Positions 1 through 9,415 of a DNA stretch of 64,000 bases are shown here, piece by piece. Location of the stretch: assembly GCA_965206285.1 (NCBI GenBank), contig OZ242205.1, forward strand, positions 6,620,259-6,684,258. The letters run 5' to 3'. Origin of the DNA: Vicinamibacterales bacterium (lineage in GTDB: Bacteria; Acidobacteriota; Vicinamibacteria; Vicinamibacterales; UBA8438). Every line of letters starts with the position of its first letter. The first letter of the stretch is position 1. Position numbers and translations under genes: made by a program. The notes below the pieces were generated by a model. That model saw only the letters and a program-made list of their open reading frames with translations. It did not search any database and had not been told where the DNA came from.

Positions 1-343
1 TCGGTTCTGTCCTCGGAGTCATCGGGTCTCTCCCTCCGGCTGCCGCCGCGCCGTCGGCTTCAGCACTTCTGCAACGCGGACTTCCGGAAAGCGTCACCGT
101 CAGTTCAAGTAGCGAGACGGCCGAGCGTCTGGCTCGACGCGGTTTCCCGGCAGTCGGCGTCCATCAATTCGAGCACCCGGCGCGCCCGCGCGGGTCGGTC
201 GTTCGGATGCAGGTAAACCGCAAGCTCGGTGCGCGCGTACTCGTCGAGCAGGACCGGGGGCCCTGCGGGCTCTGCGTGCGCGCGCTGGCCCGGCGCTGAT
301 CCCGGGGGTAAGCGGCCGGGCCGTCGATGTGATGGGGAAGGCG

Positions 344-625
344 TTACGCGGGCGGCCCGCGCGTCGGGTGGGTGGCGAGCGTCGAAGCGTAGCGGCTCCG
401 CCGGCAGCTCGGTGCGGCGGGGTGGGCCGCCAGGTCCGGCACGGGGGGCGCGGGCGCCGTCGTCGTCGTGACGGGGGAGTGGTGCCGGAGGCAGCAGATT
501 ACGCAGTGGTGATCGTCGCCACCGGCGTGCCCGTCATCATGGGCGTGAGAGACGAAGCCGGCCGCCAGCAGGGCGCACGCCAGCAGCAGCGCCACGAGAG
601 CGGTGGGCCGGCTCGGCTTCGTCAT
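344..625 (-). CDS. small membrane-anchored His/Cys-rich protein, DUF2946-like (paralog A)
   Basis: 93-aa ORF with strong GC3 bias. N-terminal hydrophobic anchor ALVALLLACALLAAGF, cluster HAHDDGHAGGDDHHCVICCLRHH, C-terminus ...HPTRGPPA. Clear paralog of 1765-2067. DUF2946 assignment is from memory of the CxxC + terminal R(A/G)PP pattern, not searched. Confidence 0.6.
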   Translation of the reverse strand: MTKPSRPTALVALLLACALLAAGFVSHAHDDGHAGGDDHHCVICCLRHHSPVTTTTAPAPPVPDLAAHPAAPSCRRSRYASTLATHPTRGPPA

Positions 626-677
626 GGTTCAGGCGTGTCGATGGTTGCCGTCTCGAGACAGGCGTTCGCGGACCCGG

Positions 678-1628
678 TCAGTCGAGATCGACGATGGTGA
701 TGGCGTTCCAGTTGTTCATCGGGATGAGCAGCCGGTTCCGCTTCGAGTCGTAGGCCATCGAGGCGGCGCTGGGGATGCCTGAGGCCACGACCTCGGCCTC
801 CTCTCCCGGGCGGATGCGCGAGACGGTGCCGATCCGGACGCTGGAGACGTACTTCGTGCCGTCGTCGAGAATCACCAGTCCGTCGTTGCCGCCGTCCACC
901 GCGTGCTCGGTCCTGACGAGCTCGCCGTCGGGCGAGAACGTGAGCACCGCGTTGTCGTTGACGTTCACGACGACGATGTTGCCGTCCGGGTCGAAGGCGA
1001 TGCCGTTGGGCCGGGCGAGCGGCGCTCCCTCGACGACGACAGACGCGTCACCGTCCGGCCCGATCCGGTACACGCGCCAGGTGCCGCTCTCCTCGGTCCC
1101 GGTCTGGGTGGCCCAGATGGTGCCGTCCTCGGCGACCTCGATGTCGTTGAAGCGCTGCGCGTCCTCGACGGCGACGCTGCCCCGCGGCTCGCCGCTCTCC
1201 ATGTCGAACCAGCGCACGACGTTGATGTCGGCCACGTACAGCAGGCCGTTGACGATGTCGCTGCCGAGCGGGTGGTTCAGCGTCAGGCCGTTCCGGTCGA
1301 CGCCGATCCACTTCAGCGTGTGCGCGCTGCCGTCGGGATTGATCAGCGAGATGTAGCCGTCGTTCGGGACGACGTCCTGGGCGATTCCGGCGTTGACCGC
1401 GACGTACAGGTCGCGGGCTTCGTCGTAGGCCATGCTCTCGGCGAATCGGAAGCCGCCGTAGGTCCGGGCGTTCGCCGACAGGTCGAGCGGCGCGCCCGCC
1501 ATGAAGGGCTGATCGGCCGCTTCCTGGGCCTGCGCCCGGGAGGCCGTCGCACCGGCGGTGAACCCGGCCAGCAGGGCGGTGGCGATCATGCATCGAGAAA
1601 CGAGCTGTTCTCCGCGAAGACGGGACAT
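678..1628 (-). CDS. secreted SMP-30/gluconolactonase/LRE-like six-bladed beta-propeller protein
   Basis: 316-aa ORF with signal peptide (IATALLAGFTAGATASRAQA). Repeated propeller strands (LYVAVNAG, LYVADINVV, DGTIWAT, NGIAFDPDGNIVVVN) typical of the SMP-30/LRE fold. Confidence 0.8.
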   Translation of the reverse strand: MSRLRGEQLVSRCMIATALLAGFTAGATASRAQAQEAADQPFMAGAPLDLSANARTYGGFRFAESMAYDEARDLYVAVNAGIAQDVVPNDGYISLINPDGSAHTLKWIGVDRNGLTLNHPLGSDIVNGLLYVADINVVRWFDMESGEPRGSVAVEDAQRFNDIEVAEDGTIWATQTGTEESGTWRVYRIGPDGDASVVVEGAPLARPNGIAFDPDGNIVVVNVNDNAVLTFSPDGELVRTEHAVDGGNDGLVILDDGTKYVSSVRIGTVSRIRPGEEAEVVASGIPSAASMAYDSKRNRLLIPMNNWNAITIVDLD

Positions 1629-1764
1629 GAGCTTCTCCTCCGATTCTTGGACGTTGAATCCGGGGCGTCGCCACGCGCTGGTGTATGTGCGTGCGCGCGC
1701 CGATCCGGACAGCCGGCGAAAAACGTGAGTGAGTGGGGTGTCGCAGGCGGATGCGACGAGGCGG

Positions 1765-2067
1765 TTACGCCGGCGGGCCGCGCGTGGGGCGGATGCCGAG
1801 AGCCGCGGCCCGTTCGCCGTCCGAGTGGACGGTCACGACGGCGTGGGCGACGAGATCCACTGGGAACGGTGCGGGCGCGCCGTCGGCTTCGACCCCCGAC
1901 ATGTGCCGGAAGTGACAGGCGTCGCAGTCCGCGTGACCGGCGGCCTGCGCGTCAGCGTCGTGCTCGTGGAACGCGACGCCCAACGGCACCAAGGCGAGCA
2001 CCACAAGCAGCGCGGCCACCATGACGCCCATCCGCTTCAACGGCACCATTCGCTTATTGGGCCCCAA
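1765..2067 (-). CDS. small membrane-anchored His/Cys-rich protein, DUF2946-like (paralog B)
   Basis: 100-aa ORF with hydrophobic anchor VMVAALLVVLALVPLGVA, HEHDADAQAAGHADCDACHFRH, APAPFPVDLVAH and C-terminus IRPTRGPPA. Aligns with 344-625 over H.HD..H..C..C..RH...APAP.P.DL.AH...PTRGPPA. Confidence 0.6.
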   Translation of the reverse strand: MGPNKRMVPLKRMGVMVAALLVVLALVPLGVAFHEHDADAQAAGHADCDACHFRHMSGVEADGAPAPFPVDLVAHAVVTVHSDGERAAALGIRPTRGPPA

Positions 2068-2507
2068 AACCGCGCCGAAGTCAAGCGCGTATCCATGGTG
2101 CGCGATCCTGATCCGGTACCGCGGGTAGTGGCTTCATTTGGAGTCATCCTCCGAAAGACCCCTGTCGAGACTCCTCTAGACCGGCGACAGCGACTACGTG
2201 CTCCTGCACGCCTGTGTGAAGCCGTGAGCAAGGCTACTGCCGGCCTCGTATCCCCTCATCGCGTCCAGCGTTCACGAGCACCCCGATCCGGCGGCCGGCG
2301 GCAGCACTCGTGCGCATGCGCATGGGCACGCCCGCGTTGCGGAGATCACGGGGCACGGGTCCCGAGCGCCTCCTGCCTGACGACTCGCACCCGTAACTCC
2401 CAGGTTCCGTAGCTGCGTCGACGCGCCGGTGGCGCGCCGGCGGTTGTGCTCTTCTTCATTTGGAGGGGGAGTCCCGGTGATAGATCCCGGGACCCTGAGC
2501 GAGATCC

Positions 2508-3272
2508 ATGAGCGAAGTTGTGACGATGGAGGCGCCGTCCGCGTCCGGGGCCGTCGCGCCGGCGCCGGTCCTCGAAGCGCGCGGGCTGTCCAAGCGGTAT
2601 GGCGACGTGGAGGCCGTCTCCAGCCTCGATCTCCGCGTCGGGCCATCGGAGATCTACTGCCTGCTGGGCCCGAACGGCGCGGGCAAGACGACCACCATTC
2701 ACCTGTTCCTGGGCTTCCTCGAGCCGACGGCGGGGAGCGTCCGCGTGCTGGGCCTCGATGTCGCGACGGCCCCTCTGGAGTCGAAGCGGCGCCTCGCCTA
2801 CGTCCCCGAGCAGGTCATGCTGTACCGCAATCTCAGCGGCCTCGAGAACCTGGAGTACTTCACCGCGCTGGGCGGCAGGGGGTCGCTGGCCCCGGAGCGG
2901 CTCACCGACATCCTCGTCGGCGCGGGCCTGCCCGCCGACGCGGTCGGTCAGCGCGTGTCCGAGTACTCCAAGGGCATGCGGCAGAAGGTCGGCATCGCCA
3001 TCGCGATCGCCAAGGAGGCCGGCGCGCTGCTGCTCGACGAGCCCACGTCCGGCCTCGACCCCAAGGCCTCGAACGAGTTCTCCGAGCTGCTCGAGCGGCT
3101 CAGGGACCGCGGCGTCGCGGTGCTGATGGCGACCCACGATCTGTTTCGCGCGAAGGAGACCGGCACCCGCGTCGGCATCATGCGGCACGGGCGCCTGGTC
3201 AACGAGATGAGCACGGACGAGATCGGCCACGCCGATCTCGAACGCATCTACCTGGAGCACATGCACGAGTAG
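2508..3272 (+). CDS. ABC transporter ATP-binding protein (ABC-2 type)
   Basis: Walker A GPNGAGKTT, signature-like YSKGMRQKV, Walker B LLLDEPTSGLD, H-loop MATHD. 254 aa. Confidence 0.92.
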   Translation: MSEVVTMEAPSASGAVAPAPVLEARGLSKRYGDVEAVSSLDLRVGPSEIYCLLGPNGAGKTTTIHLFLGFLEPTAGSVRVLGLDVATAPLESKRRLAYVPEQVMLYRNLSGLENLEYFTALGGRGSLAPERLTDILVGAGLPADAVGQRVSEYSKGMRQKVGIAIAIAKEAGALLLDEPTSGLDPKASNEFSELLERLRDRGVAVLMATHDLFRAKETGTRVGIMRHGRLVNEMSTDEIGHADLERIYLEHMHE

Positions 3273-3533
3273 GGGCCCGTCGCGAAACCCCGCGTTGCAC
3301 GGAGAGCGGCGAGGCGCCCGTGAGCTGAAGGGCGCCCGGGCAAGGAACGCCCGCCTGACACGGCGTGAGGAGGGCGATTGGGCATCTGTCACCGACGACC
3401 GACGGAGTCAGCCGGGCGCCTCGCGCTCGAATGCAGCGGGGCCTTTCGCCACGGGCCGGCAAGGCGGCAATCGGCGGTCGCAGCGCGAGCCTTGCGGTCG
3501 CGCGGCGGCGATTGCCGGGCAAAGGAGCCACCG

Positions 3534-3884
3534 ATGATCAAGCACATCGTCCGGAAGGAGTTCACCGACGTGGTCCGGGACGGCCGCTTCCGCTGGTGCG
3601 CGGCCCTGGTGGGGGCGCTGCTCCTGGTCTCGCTGGGACACGGCTGGGTCCAGGCGCGCCAGGCGCAGGAGGAGCTCGCGGCGGCGCAGGCCACCGCCCG
3701 CGACCACTGGGAGTCGCAGGGCGAGAAGAACCCCCATTCGGCCGCCCACTACGGCATCTACGCGTTCAAGCCCCGCCTCGCCCTGTCGTTCGTCGACGAG
3801 GGCGTGGACCCCTACACCGGCACGTCGGTGTGGCTGGAGGCCCACCGGCAGAACGAGCGCGTACGCCTCGCGGAGGTGGCGTAG
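3534..3884 (+). CDS. N-terminal-only fragment of a DUF3526-type ABC-2 permease (truncated)
   Basis: RBS AAAGGAG upstream of the ATG. MIKHIVRKEFTDVVRDGRFRW...NPHSAAHYGIYAFKP...WLEAHRQNE matches the N-terminus of DUF3526 permeases as I remember them. It stops after 116 aa, 2 nt before the next ATG. Confidence 0.5.
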   Translation: MIKHIVRKEFTDVVRDGRFRWCAALVGALLLVSLGHGWVQARQAQEELAAAQATARDHWESQGEKNPHSAAHYGIYAFKPRLALSFVDEGVDPYTGTSVWLEAHRQNERVRLAEVA

Positions 3885-3886
3885 CC

Positions 3887-5317
3887 ATGACCCTGCGCAC
3901 CGTCCTCCTGAACGAGTGGCGCCTCCTCGCGGCCGACCGGGCGCTGCGGGTCGTGCTCGGGGTCTTCGCCGTCCTCTTCGTCTACGCGCTGGCCAACGGC
4001 ATGGCCTGGGCGCGTTTCCAGGAACGGACGGTGGAGGCGGCGCGGACCGGAAACGCCGAGCGCGTCGAAGCCCTGGAGCAGGAGCTGGCCGACATCGCCA
4101 ACGGCGGGCGGCCGTCGTCGCCCTTCCGCGACCCCCGCGCCCCCAACGTCCTCGGCGGGGCCCGGGGCGCCCGCACCGCGGTGCTCGAGCCCGGGCCCCT
4201 GACCGCCCTGGCGGTGGGGCAGAGCGACCTCCTGCCGTACTACTACGACGTCAGCATCTACACCAACGAGGCGTCCTTCCAGCAGAACGGGGAGGTCGAG
4301 AACCCCCTCAACCTGATGGTCGGGCGCTTCGACCTCGCCTTCGGGACCGTCTACCTGCTGCCGCTGCTCGTTCTCGCCCTCAGCTACAACGTCCTCTCGG
4401 AGGAGCGCGAGCAGGGGACGCTGGCCCTGACCCTCTCGCAGCCCGTGTCGGCGCGCGACGTCGTGCTCGCGAAGCTCGCGTTCCGGGCGGTGCTCGTGGT
4501 GGGGCTGGCGGCGGCGGTCTCGCTGCTCGGCATCCTCGCCACGGGTGGCTTCGGCTCGCCCGGCCGGGTGCTCCTCTGGTGCGGGACGGTGACCGTGTAC
4601 GCGCTGTTCTGGTTCGCGCTCGCGGCGTGGGTCAACGGTCTGCGTCGGTCCTCGGACTGGAACGCCACGGTCCTCGTGGGGGCATGGCTCTTCCTCGTGG
4701 TGGTGCTGCCGGCCGCCGTCAACATCGCGGCGGGCCTGCTGCATCCGCTGCCGTCCCGCGTGGAGATGATCACGGCCCAGCGCGAGGCCTCGAACGACGC
4801 CGTCAACCGCCGCAGCGAGCTGCTCGCGCGCTACCTGGAGGACCACCCGGAGATGGCGGGCGGGGTGGTGGCCGAAGAGCCCGGCCTGGGCGCCCTCGCC
4901 TGGGCCGCCACCGACGCCGTGAACGCCCGCCTCGAGGAGGTGACGGCGGTGCACGACGCGCGCCGCGCCGACCAGCTCGCCCTGGTGCGCCGCTACCGCT
5001 TCCTGTCGCCGGCGCTCCTGGCCCAGGAGGTGCTCGTCGACGCGGCGGGGACCGGCGACGCGCGCTTCGCCCGCTTCCAGTCGCAGGTGCGCGCGTTCGC
5101 CGACGAGTGGCGGCAGTTCTTCGTGCCGGCGATCCTCGCCAGCGAGCGGATGGACGCCGGGGTCCTCCCCGACGTGCCGGTCTTCGGGTTCGTGGACGAG
5201 GGACCGGCCGACGTTGCCCGTCGTGCGGTCGTTCCTCTCTTCGTCCTGGGCGGACTGGTGGTGCTGGTGAGCGCCGGCGCCGCGGCCCGGCTGGGGCGCG
5301 TGCGCGGCGCGGACTGA
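3887..5317 (+). CDS. ABC-2 family permease, DUF3526-like
   Basis: 476-aa multi-TM ORF. SEEREQGTLALTLSQPVS motif typical of ABC-2 permeases, long periplasmic N-terminal loop, directly follows the ATPase. Confidence 0.8.
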   Translation: MTLRTVLLNEWRLLAADRALRVVLGVFAVLFVYALANGMAWARFQERTVEAARTGNAERVEALEQELADIANGGRPSSPFRDPRAPNVLGGARGARTAVLEPGPLTALAVGQSDLLPYYYDVSIYTNEASFQQNGEVENPLNLMVGRFDLAFGTVYLLPLLVLALSYNVLSEEREQGTLALTLSQPVSARDVVLAKLAFRAVLVVGLAAAVSLLGILATGGFGSPGRVLLWCGTVTVYALFWFALAAWVNGLRRSSDWNATVLVGAWLFLVVVLPAAVNIAAGLLHPLPSRVEMITAQREASNDAVNRRSELLARYLEDHPEMAGGVVAEEPGLGALAWAATDAVNARLEEVTAVHDARRADQLALVRRYRFLSPALLAQEVLVDAAGTGDARFARFQSQVRAFADEWRQFFVPAILASERMDAGVLPDVPVFGFVDEGPADVARRAVVPLFVLGGLVVLVSAGAAARLGRVRGAD

Positions 5318-5328
5318 TCTCCACGGCT

Positions 5329-5363
5329 GCCATGCCGGCTCGCCGGTTCCGGGCCGGCATGGC
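5329..5363 (+). terminator. GC-rich hairpin downstream of the permease gene
   Basis: Perfect 11-bp stem gccatgccggc / gccggcatggc with a 13-nt loop, 12 nt after the stop at 5317. No U-tract. Confidence 0.4.
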
Positions 5364-5727
5364 GGCCGAGGTGCGCACTGCTCATCGGTCCCCGCGCTCC
5401 TCGCAAGCAGAGACCTTCCGACGGGAGGGTTCGGTGCCGGGCGAAGCGGGCTTCAGGACTGCGTCAGGAACTCACGAGAAGCGCGTTCAGCCGACGGCCT
5501 GCCTCTCCCCGGCCCCGGTAGCCTGGCGCGGCTCGATCACGCGGGTCGAGGCGCGGCTCGACCCGGGCTGGTTCGTTCGTCTGGCGACCTGGTCGCCCGG
5601 ATGGCGCCGATGCCGGGCGGCACGTAATCCGGCAGTGCCTACTACGGGGCAGAATTCAAACTCCAGTCCAAAAGCGCAACATTCCGTCCGGACTCGATGG
5701 CTTACAGCGGTCTGTTCCGGAACAGCG

Positions 5728-6756
5728 CTACTCGACGCCTTCCATCAGGTATTCGACGAGCGCGGGCACGATGATGTCCGGCCGCTCCAGGTGCGGCACA
5801 TGGCCCAGCCCGGGAAAGAGCAGCGTGCGACCGTTTTCGTTCGGGACGGTGTCGGCCAACACCTGCATTCGCTCCTGGAAGACCTCCGCCGGACCGAGCA
5901 GCAGATCCTCGGCGCCCCCGAAGGCGAGCGTCGGCACGTGGATATGCGGCCAGTCGTAGACGACAGGGTCCTGGTAGAGCATCTGGCTGATGATCGCCTG
6001 CACCATGGCGAGGCGCGGAAAGTCGGAGCTGAGGGTCCACGACGAGCGGATGCGGGTGTAGAGCTCGAACTTGTCGTTCCAGGCCGACGCGTCGTGCCCG
6101 ACGTACCGGCTGAGGCTCCGGCGGGTGCTCTGGTAGTCGGTCTGCAGGGTCCGCTCGTAGATCTGATCGACCGGCGTCATCGGGCGATTGAACCGGTTGT
6201 CGGAGAGGCCGATGGGGTTGTAGATGACCAGCCGCTCGACCGAGTCGGGATACTGCGTGGTGAAGCGCGTCGCGAGCATGCCGCCCATCGAGTGGCCGAC
6301 CGCCATGACCTTGTCGATCCCCTCGTGCTCGAGGATGAGCTGCGTGTTGCGCGCCTGCGTGTTGAAGTTGTAGGGCGCGATCGGCTTCGACGATTTGCCG
6401 TACCCGATTTGGTCCGGGACGATGATGCGGAATCCGGCGTCGGTCAGCCCGTCGATGATGTCACCGAAGTAGAAGCCGCCGAAGTTGTTGCCGTGCATCA
6501 GCAGGACGACGTGGCCGTTGGCGGTGCTGGTCGGCGGGATGTCCATATAGGAGATGCGCACGTCCTGGCTGTAGACATTGATGTCGAGATACTTGCTCGG
6601 GGCCGGATACGGGCACTCGTCGCAGGTGATGCTGCCCGGCTTGATGTCTGTCGGCGTCGGTGCCGGCGGCAGAATGTCGCGACCTTGGGCGCCAGCGGCG
6701 GCCGCCACACCGAGAATCACGAGCACCGAGGCGAGTGTTCTGACATGAACGGGCAT
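5728..6756 (-). CDS. secreted alpha/beta hydrolase
   Basis: 342 aa with signal peptide. HGNNFGG oxyanion region, nucleophile elbow GHSMGG, C-terminal GLGHVPHLE catalytic His region. Confidence 0.88.
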   Translation of the reverse strand: MPVHVRTLASVLVILGVAAAAGAQGRDILPPAPTPTDIKPGSITCDECPYPAPSKYLDINVYSQDVRISYMDIPPTSTANGHVVLLMHGNNFGGFYFGDIIDGLTDAGFRIIVPDQIGYGKSSKPIAPYNFNTQARNTQLILEHEGIDKVMAVGHSMGGMLATRFTTQYPDSVERLVIYNPIGLSDNRFNRPMTPVDQIYERTLQTDYQSTRRSLSRYVGHDASAWNDKFELYTRIRSSWTLSSDFPRLAMVQAIISQMLYQDPVVYDWPHIHVPTLAFGGAEDLLLGPAEVFQERMQVLADTVPNENGRTLLFPGLGHVPHLERPDIIVPALVEYLMEGVE

Positions 6757-6867
6757 GGGTCCTACTCCCTGGTCTGGAGGTGTCGGTCAACGTACCATCC
6801 GGGGGCACGGGGACGAAAGTCCGCGGAAGACGGATACGGCAATCACCCCAATAATACAATACGACGC

Positions 6868-7045
6868 TCAGGATTTCGTGTGGGCGCCCAGGGCGTCCGG
6901 GTAGAGGTCGAGCCCTCCGAGGTGGAAGTAGATGGCGTTGCGGAAGCGCTCGCGATTGCGATAGCCGCAGCCGAGCCGCTTGATCCACTGGATCATCGAC
7001 AGCGCGATGCCCCGCTCCTGGCAGCGAGCCCCGAAGGCCAGCGAC
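6868..7045 (-). pseudogene. C-terminal remnant of an ISL3-family transposase
   Basis: Minus-strand translation ...MIQWIKRLGCGYRNRERFRNAIYFHLGGLDLYPDALGAHTKS* resembles the conserved ISL3 transposase tail (G(F/Y)RN.E.F..AIYFH.GGLDL). No upstream transposase body is present. Confidence 0.45.
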
Positions 7046-7464
7046 GTTACACGCCAACGCGGGCCCGCTGGCTTGTTGCGCCCGGCTGTACAACCACAGG
7101 AAGGCGCCCAGGGTGATCCTGTTGACTGCTCATTGCCAAAGGGGCGTCGGCGGCAGGAACAAGGGGAGGGCGAAGAGCAGGAGATAGACGAGGCACACGT
7201 GGCGTATCCAGCGGCTCCACTTGGATTCCGCTCTGACCGCGTTCAAATCCACGTCGCCTCTCCTCTCGACCGCGGGGGCGAAGCCCCCGGGCATGCGACC
7301 GCCACCCCTTCGTGCGCCGCATCTGGCCCGGTGACCGTCGTTCGAGGGGCCCTCTTCCCACAACCAACCGGCGCGCTTCACAAGGCCGAGGTCGGGCGGC
7401 GCCTCCTCCGCTCCACCGCGTACGCCGGGACCTGATGCGGCAGTCCGCGTAGCGGCCCGGCCTC

Positions 7465-9165
7465 CTACGCCGGATGCACCGTCCGTCCTCCGACCACCGT
7501 GCGCACGACGCCGATGTTCTTGATGTCGTCCGGGTCCGCGTCGTGCGGATCGCGGTCGAGGATGACGAAGTCGGCGAGCTTGCCGGCGGTGATCGAGCCC
7601 TTGTCCCGCTCCTCGTAGGATGCCCGCGCCCCGTGCAGCGTGCCGATGCGCAACGCCTCGTCCACCGTCACCCGCTGGCTGGCCCCCCACACCTGGCCGT
7701 CGAAGTCCCGGCGGGTCACCATGCTCTGGATCGCCATGAGCGGCTCGAACGGCCCCGGCGTGTAGTCGGAGGCCCCGGCCACCGGGATGCCGTAGTCGAG
7801 GAACGAGCGGTGCGCGAACATCCACTCCATCTTCGCGGCCCCGTACTCCCGCCACTTCTCGCCGTGGAAGTGGATGTAGGTCCAGAACGGAGTCGGGATG
7901 GTGCCGGTGTCCCGGATGCGCCGGAGCAGGTCGTTGTTGACGAGCGAGCAGTGCTCGATGCGGTGCCGGCGGTCGGGATGGGGCCAGCGGGCGAGGACCC
8001 GCTCGTAGGCATTCAGCACCATGTCGATGGTGACGTCGCCGTTGGCGTGGATGCCCACCTGCCAGTTGTGGCGGTGCGCTTCCTCGACGGCCTCGTGAAT
8101 ATCGTCCTGCGACATCGTCAGGATGCCGTAGTCGTCCGGCCGGCCCTCGAACGGCGTGCTCATCCGCATCGTCCGTTCCGAGGCGGACCCGTCGGCGCCG
8201 TACTTCACCCCGCCGATGCGCACCCACTCGTCCCCGAAGCCGGTGGAGATGCCGGCGTTGCGCAGGTCTCGGTACGGCCCGCGGATCATGGCGTAGACGC
8301 GGTGGCGCAGCTCGCCCGACTCGCGGGCGTCCTGGTAGGCGACGAGCCGGCCGCGGCTCGCCCCCGCGTCGTGGACGGTGGTGAGGCCGGCCGCGGTCAT
8401 CAGCCGCGAGATGTACGCCATCCCCTCGCGGCCGCGGGTGCGCTGCTCCTCCTCGGTCAGCTCCTCCCGATCGCCGACGGTGGAGAAGACGTCCCGGGCG
8501 TGCTCGGCCACCATGCCCGAGAGCTCGCCGTCGGGGCCGCGCGCGAACCGGCCGTCGGGCGGGTCCGGCGTGTCGCGGGTGATGCCGGCCAGCGCGAACG
8601 CGTGGCTGTTGAACCAGTTGGTGTGCCCGCCGCGGTGAGCCACGTTCACCGGATGGTCGGGCACCGCCTCGTCGAGGTGGGTCCGGTGCAGGGGGCCGTC
8701 GACGACCTTGGTGTCGTCGAACATGAAGCCCCGCACCCACCGGCCGGGCGGCGTGTCCAGGGCCTTGGACCGCAGGGCCCGCTGGATCTCGGCGACCGTC
8801 CGCAGGTTGGTGTTCACGCCGTAGAGCTCGTTCACGCCACCGGGGTGGGAGTGCGCGTCGATGAACCCCGGCGTGACGGTCATGCCTTCGGCGTCGATCA
8901 CGTCGGTGTCCGGACCGGCGAGGTTGCGCACGTCGTCGGCGCTGCCGACGGCGACGAACCGGCCCCCCCGGACCGCGAACGCCTCGGCCCGGGGCAGGGC
9001 GTCGTCCACGGTGTACACCCGGGCGTTGACTACCGCCAAGTCCGGTTGTCGACTCTCCCCCCGGTCGGGCTCCTGCGCGGCCGCGATCGGCAGGGCGCTC
9101 GCGCCGGCTCCGCCGGCCAGCACGGCGCCGAGGTTCAGAAATTCCTTGCGCGTATAGGTTGCCAT
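7465..9165 (-). CDS. exported amidohydrolase (Amidohydro_3 / YtcJ-like metal-dependent hydrolase)
   Basis: FIDAHSHPGG, VGIHANGD, RIEHCS and AGASDYTPGP metal-ligand motifs. N-terminus MATYTRKEFLNLGAVLAGGAGASA looks TAT/Sec-like. Start chosen at the ATG 9165 (upstream alternative 9207). Confidence 0.88.
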   Translation of the reverse strand: MATYTRKEFLNLGAVLAGGAGASALPIAAAQEPDRGESRQPDLAVVNARVYTVDDALPRAEAFAVRGGRFVAVGSADDVRNLAGPDTDVIDAEGMTVTPGFIDAHSHPGGVNELYGVNTNLRTVAEIQRALRSKALDTPPGRWVRGFMFDDTKVVDGPLHRTHLDEAVPDHPVNVAHRGGHTNWFNSHAFALAGITRDTPDPPDGRFARGPDGELSGMVAEHARDVFSTVGDREELTEEEQRTRGREGMAYISRLMTAAGLTTVHDAGASRGRLVAYQDARESGELRHRVYAMIRGPYRDLRNAGISTGFGDEWVRIGGVKYGADGSASERTMRMSTPFEGRPDDYGILTMSQDDIHEAVEEAHRHNWQVGIHANGDVTIDMVLNAYERVLARWPHPDRRHRIEHCSLVNNDLLRRIRDTGTIPTPFWTYIHFHGEKWREYGAAKMEWMFAHRSFLDYGIPVAGASDYTPGPFEPLMAIQSMVTRRDFDGQVWGASQRVTVDEALRIGTLHGARASYEERDKGSITAGKLADFVILDRDPHDADPDDIKNIGVVRTVVGGRTVHPA

Positions 9166-9415
9166 CGGACGTCCTCTGGCAGCCGGTAGCAGAAGGCTCC
9201 GCCGCATTCGACGGGCGATGCATCCTGCCTGGGCTGCGTTGTTCCGCGCAGCTGCGTTGCTCCGCGGTCATCCATACCGGGTGTGGTTCCTCGTCACGCC
9301 TTGTCGCCCGTGCGACAAGGCGGCCCCGCTGGCGCCCCCGCCGGTCCCGGTGCGACGCGGGGTTCGACCACGGGCGGCTCGCCGTCGCCGGAATGCGGGT
9401 CCGCCCCCCTGGTGA

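Noticed and set aside
1-22. Start of a leftward gene leaving the window: GGAGGGAG RBS followed by ATG (complement of 20-22), MTPRTEP...
   Set aside because: Only 7 codons are visible, too little to support a feature.
105-265. Minus-strand, stop-free stretch ending at 105-107: ...VLLDEYARTELAVYLHPNDRPARARRVLELMDADCRETASSQTLGRLAT*. It looks protein-like.
   Set aside because: No ATG/GTG/TTG start gives a sensible length, the upstream part is low-complexity, and I recognise no family. It may be a remnant.
1765-2067. CDACH in mini-protein B read as a c-type heme attachment site (CxxCH).
   Set aside because: The paralog at 344-625 has CVICC at the same position, so the conserved feature is CxxC rather than CxxCH. 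Heme binding is not supported by the pair.
3916-7116. Very long ORFs in the track, such as 3916-7116 (1066 aa), 28635-31742 (1035 aa), 7130-9271, 20133-22391, 23118-25208, 33731-35800, 46357-48579 and 51910-54180.
   Set aside because: Their compositions are Arg/Pro/Gly/Ala-dominated with no motifs. They lie antisense or out of frame to ORFs with clear family signatures. This is the expected stop-codon depletion in off-frames of ~70% GC DNA.
7130-7294. 54-aa minus-strand ORF downstream of the amidohydrolase, ending in a hydrophobic tail (VCLVYLLLFALPLFLPPTPLWQ).
   Set aside because: It is short with no RBS or homolog recognised, and it lies next to a transposase remnant, so it may be residual sequence.
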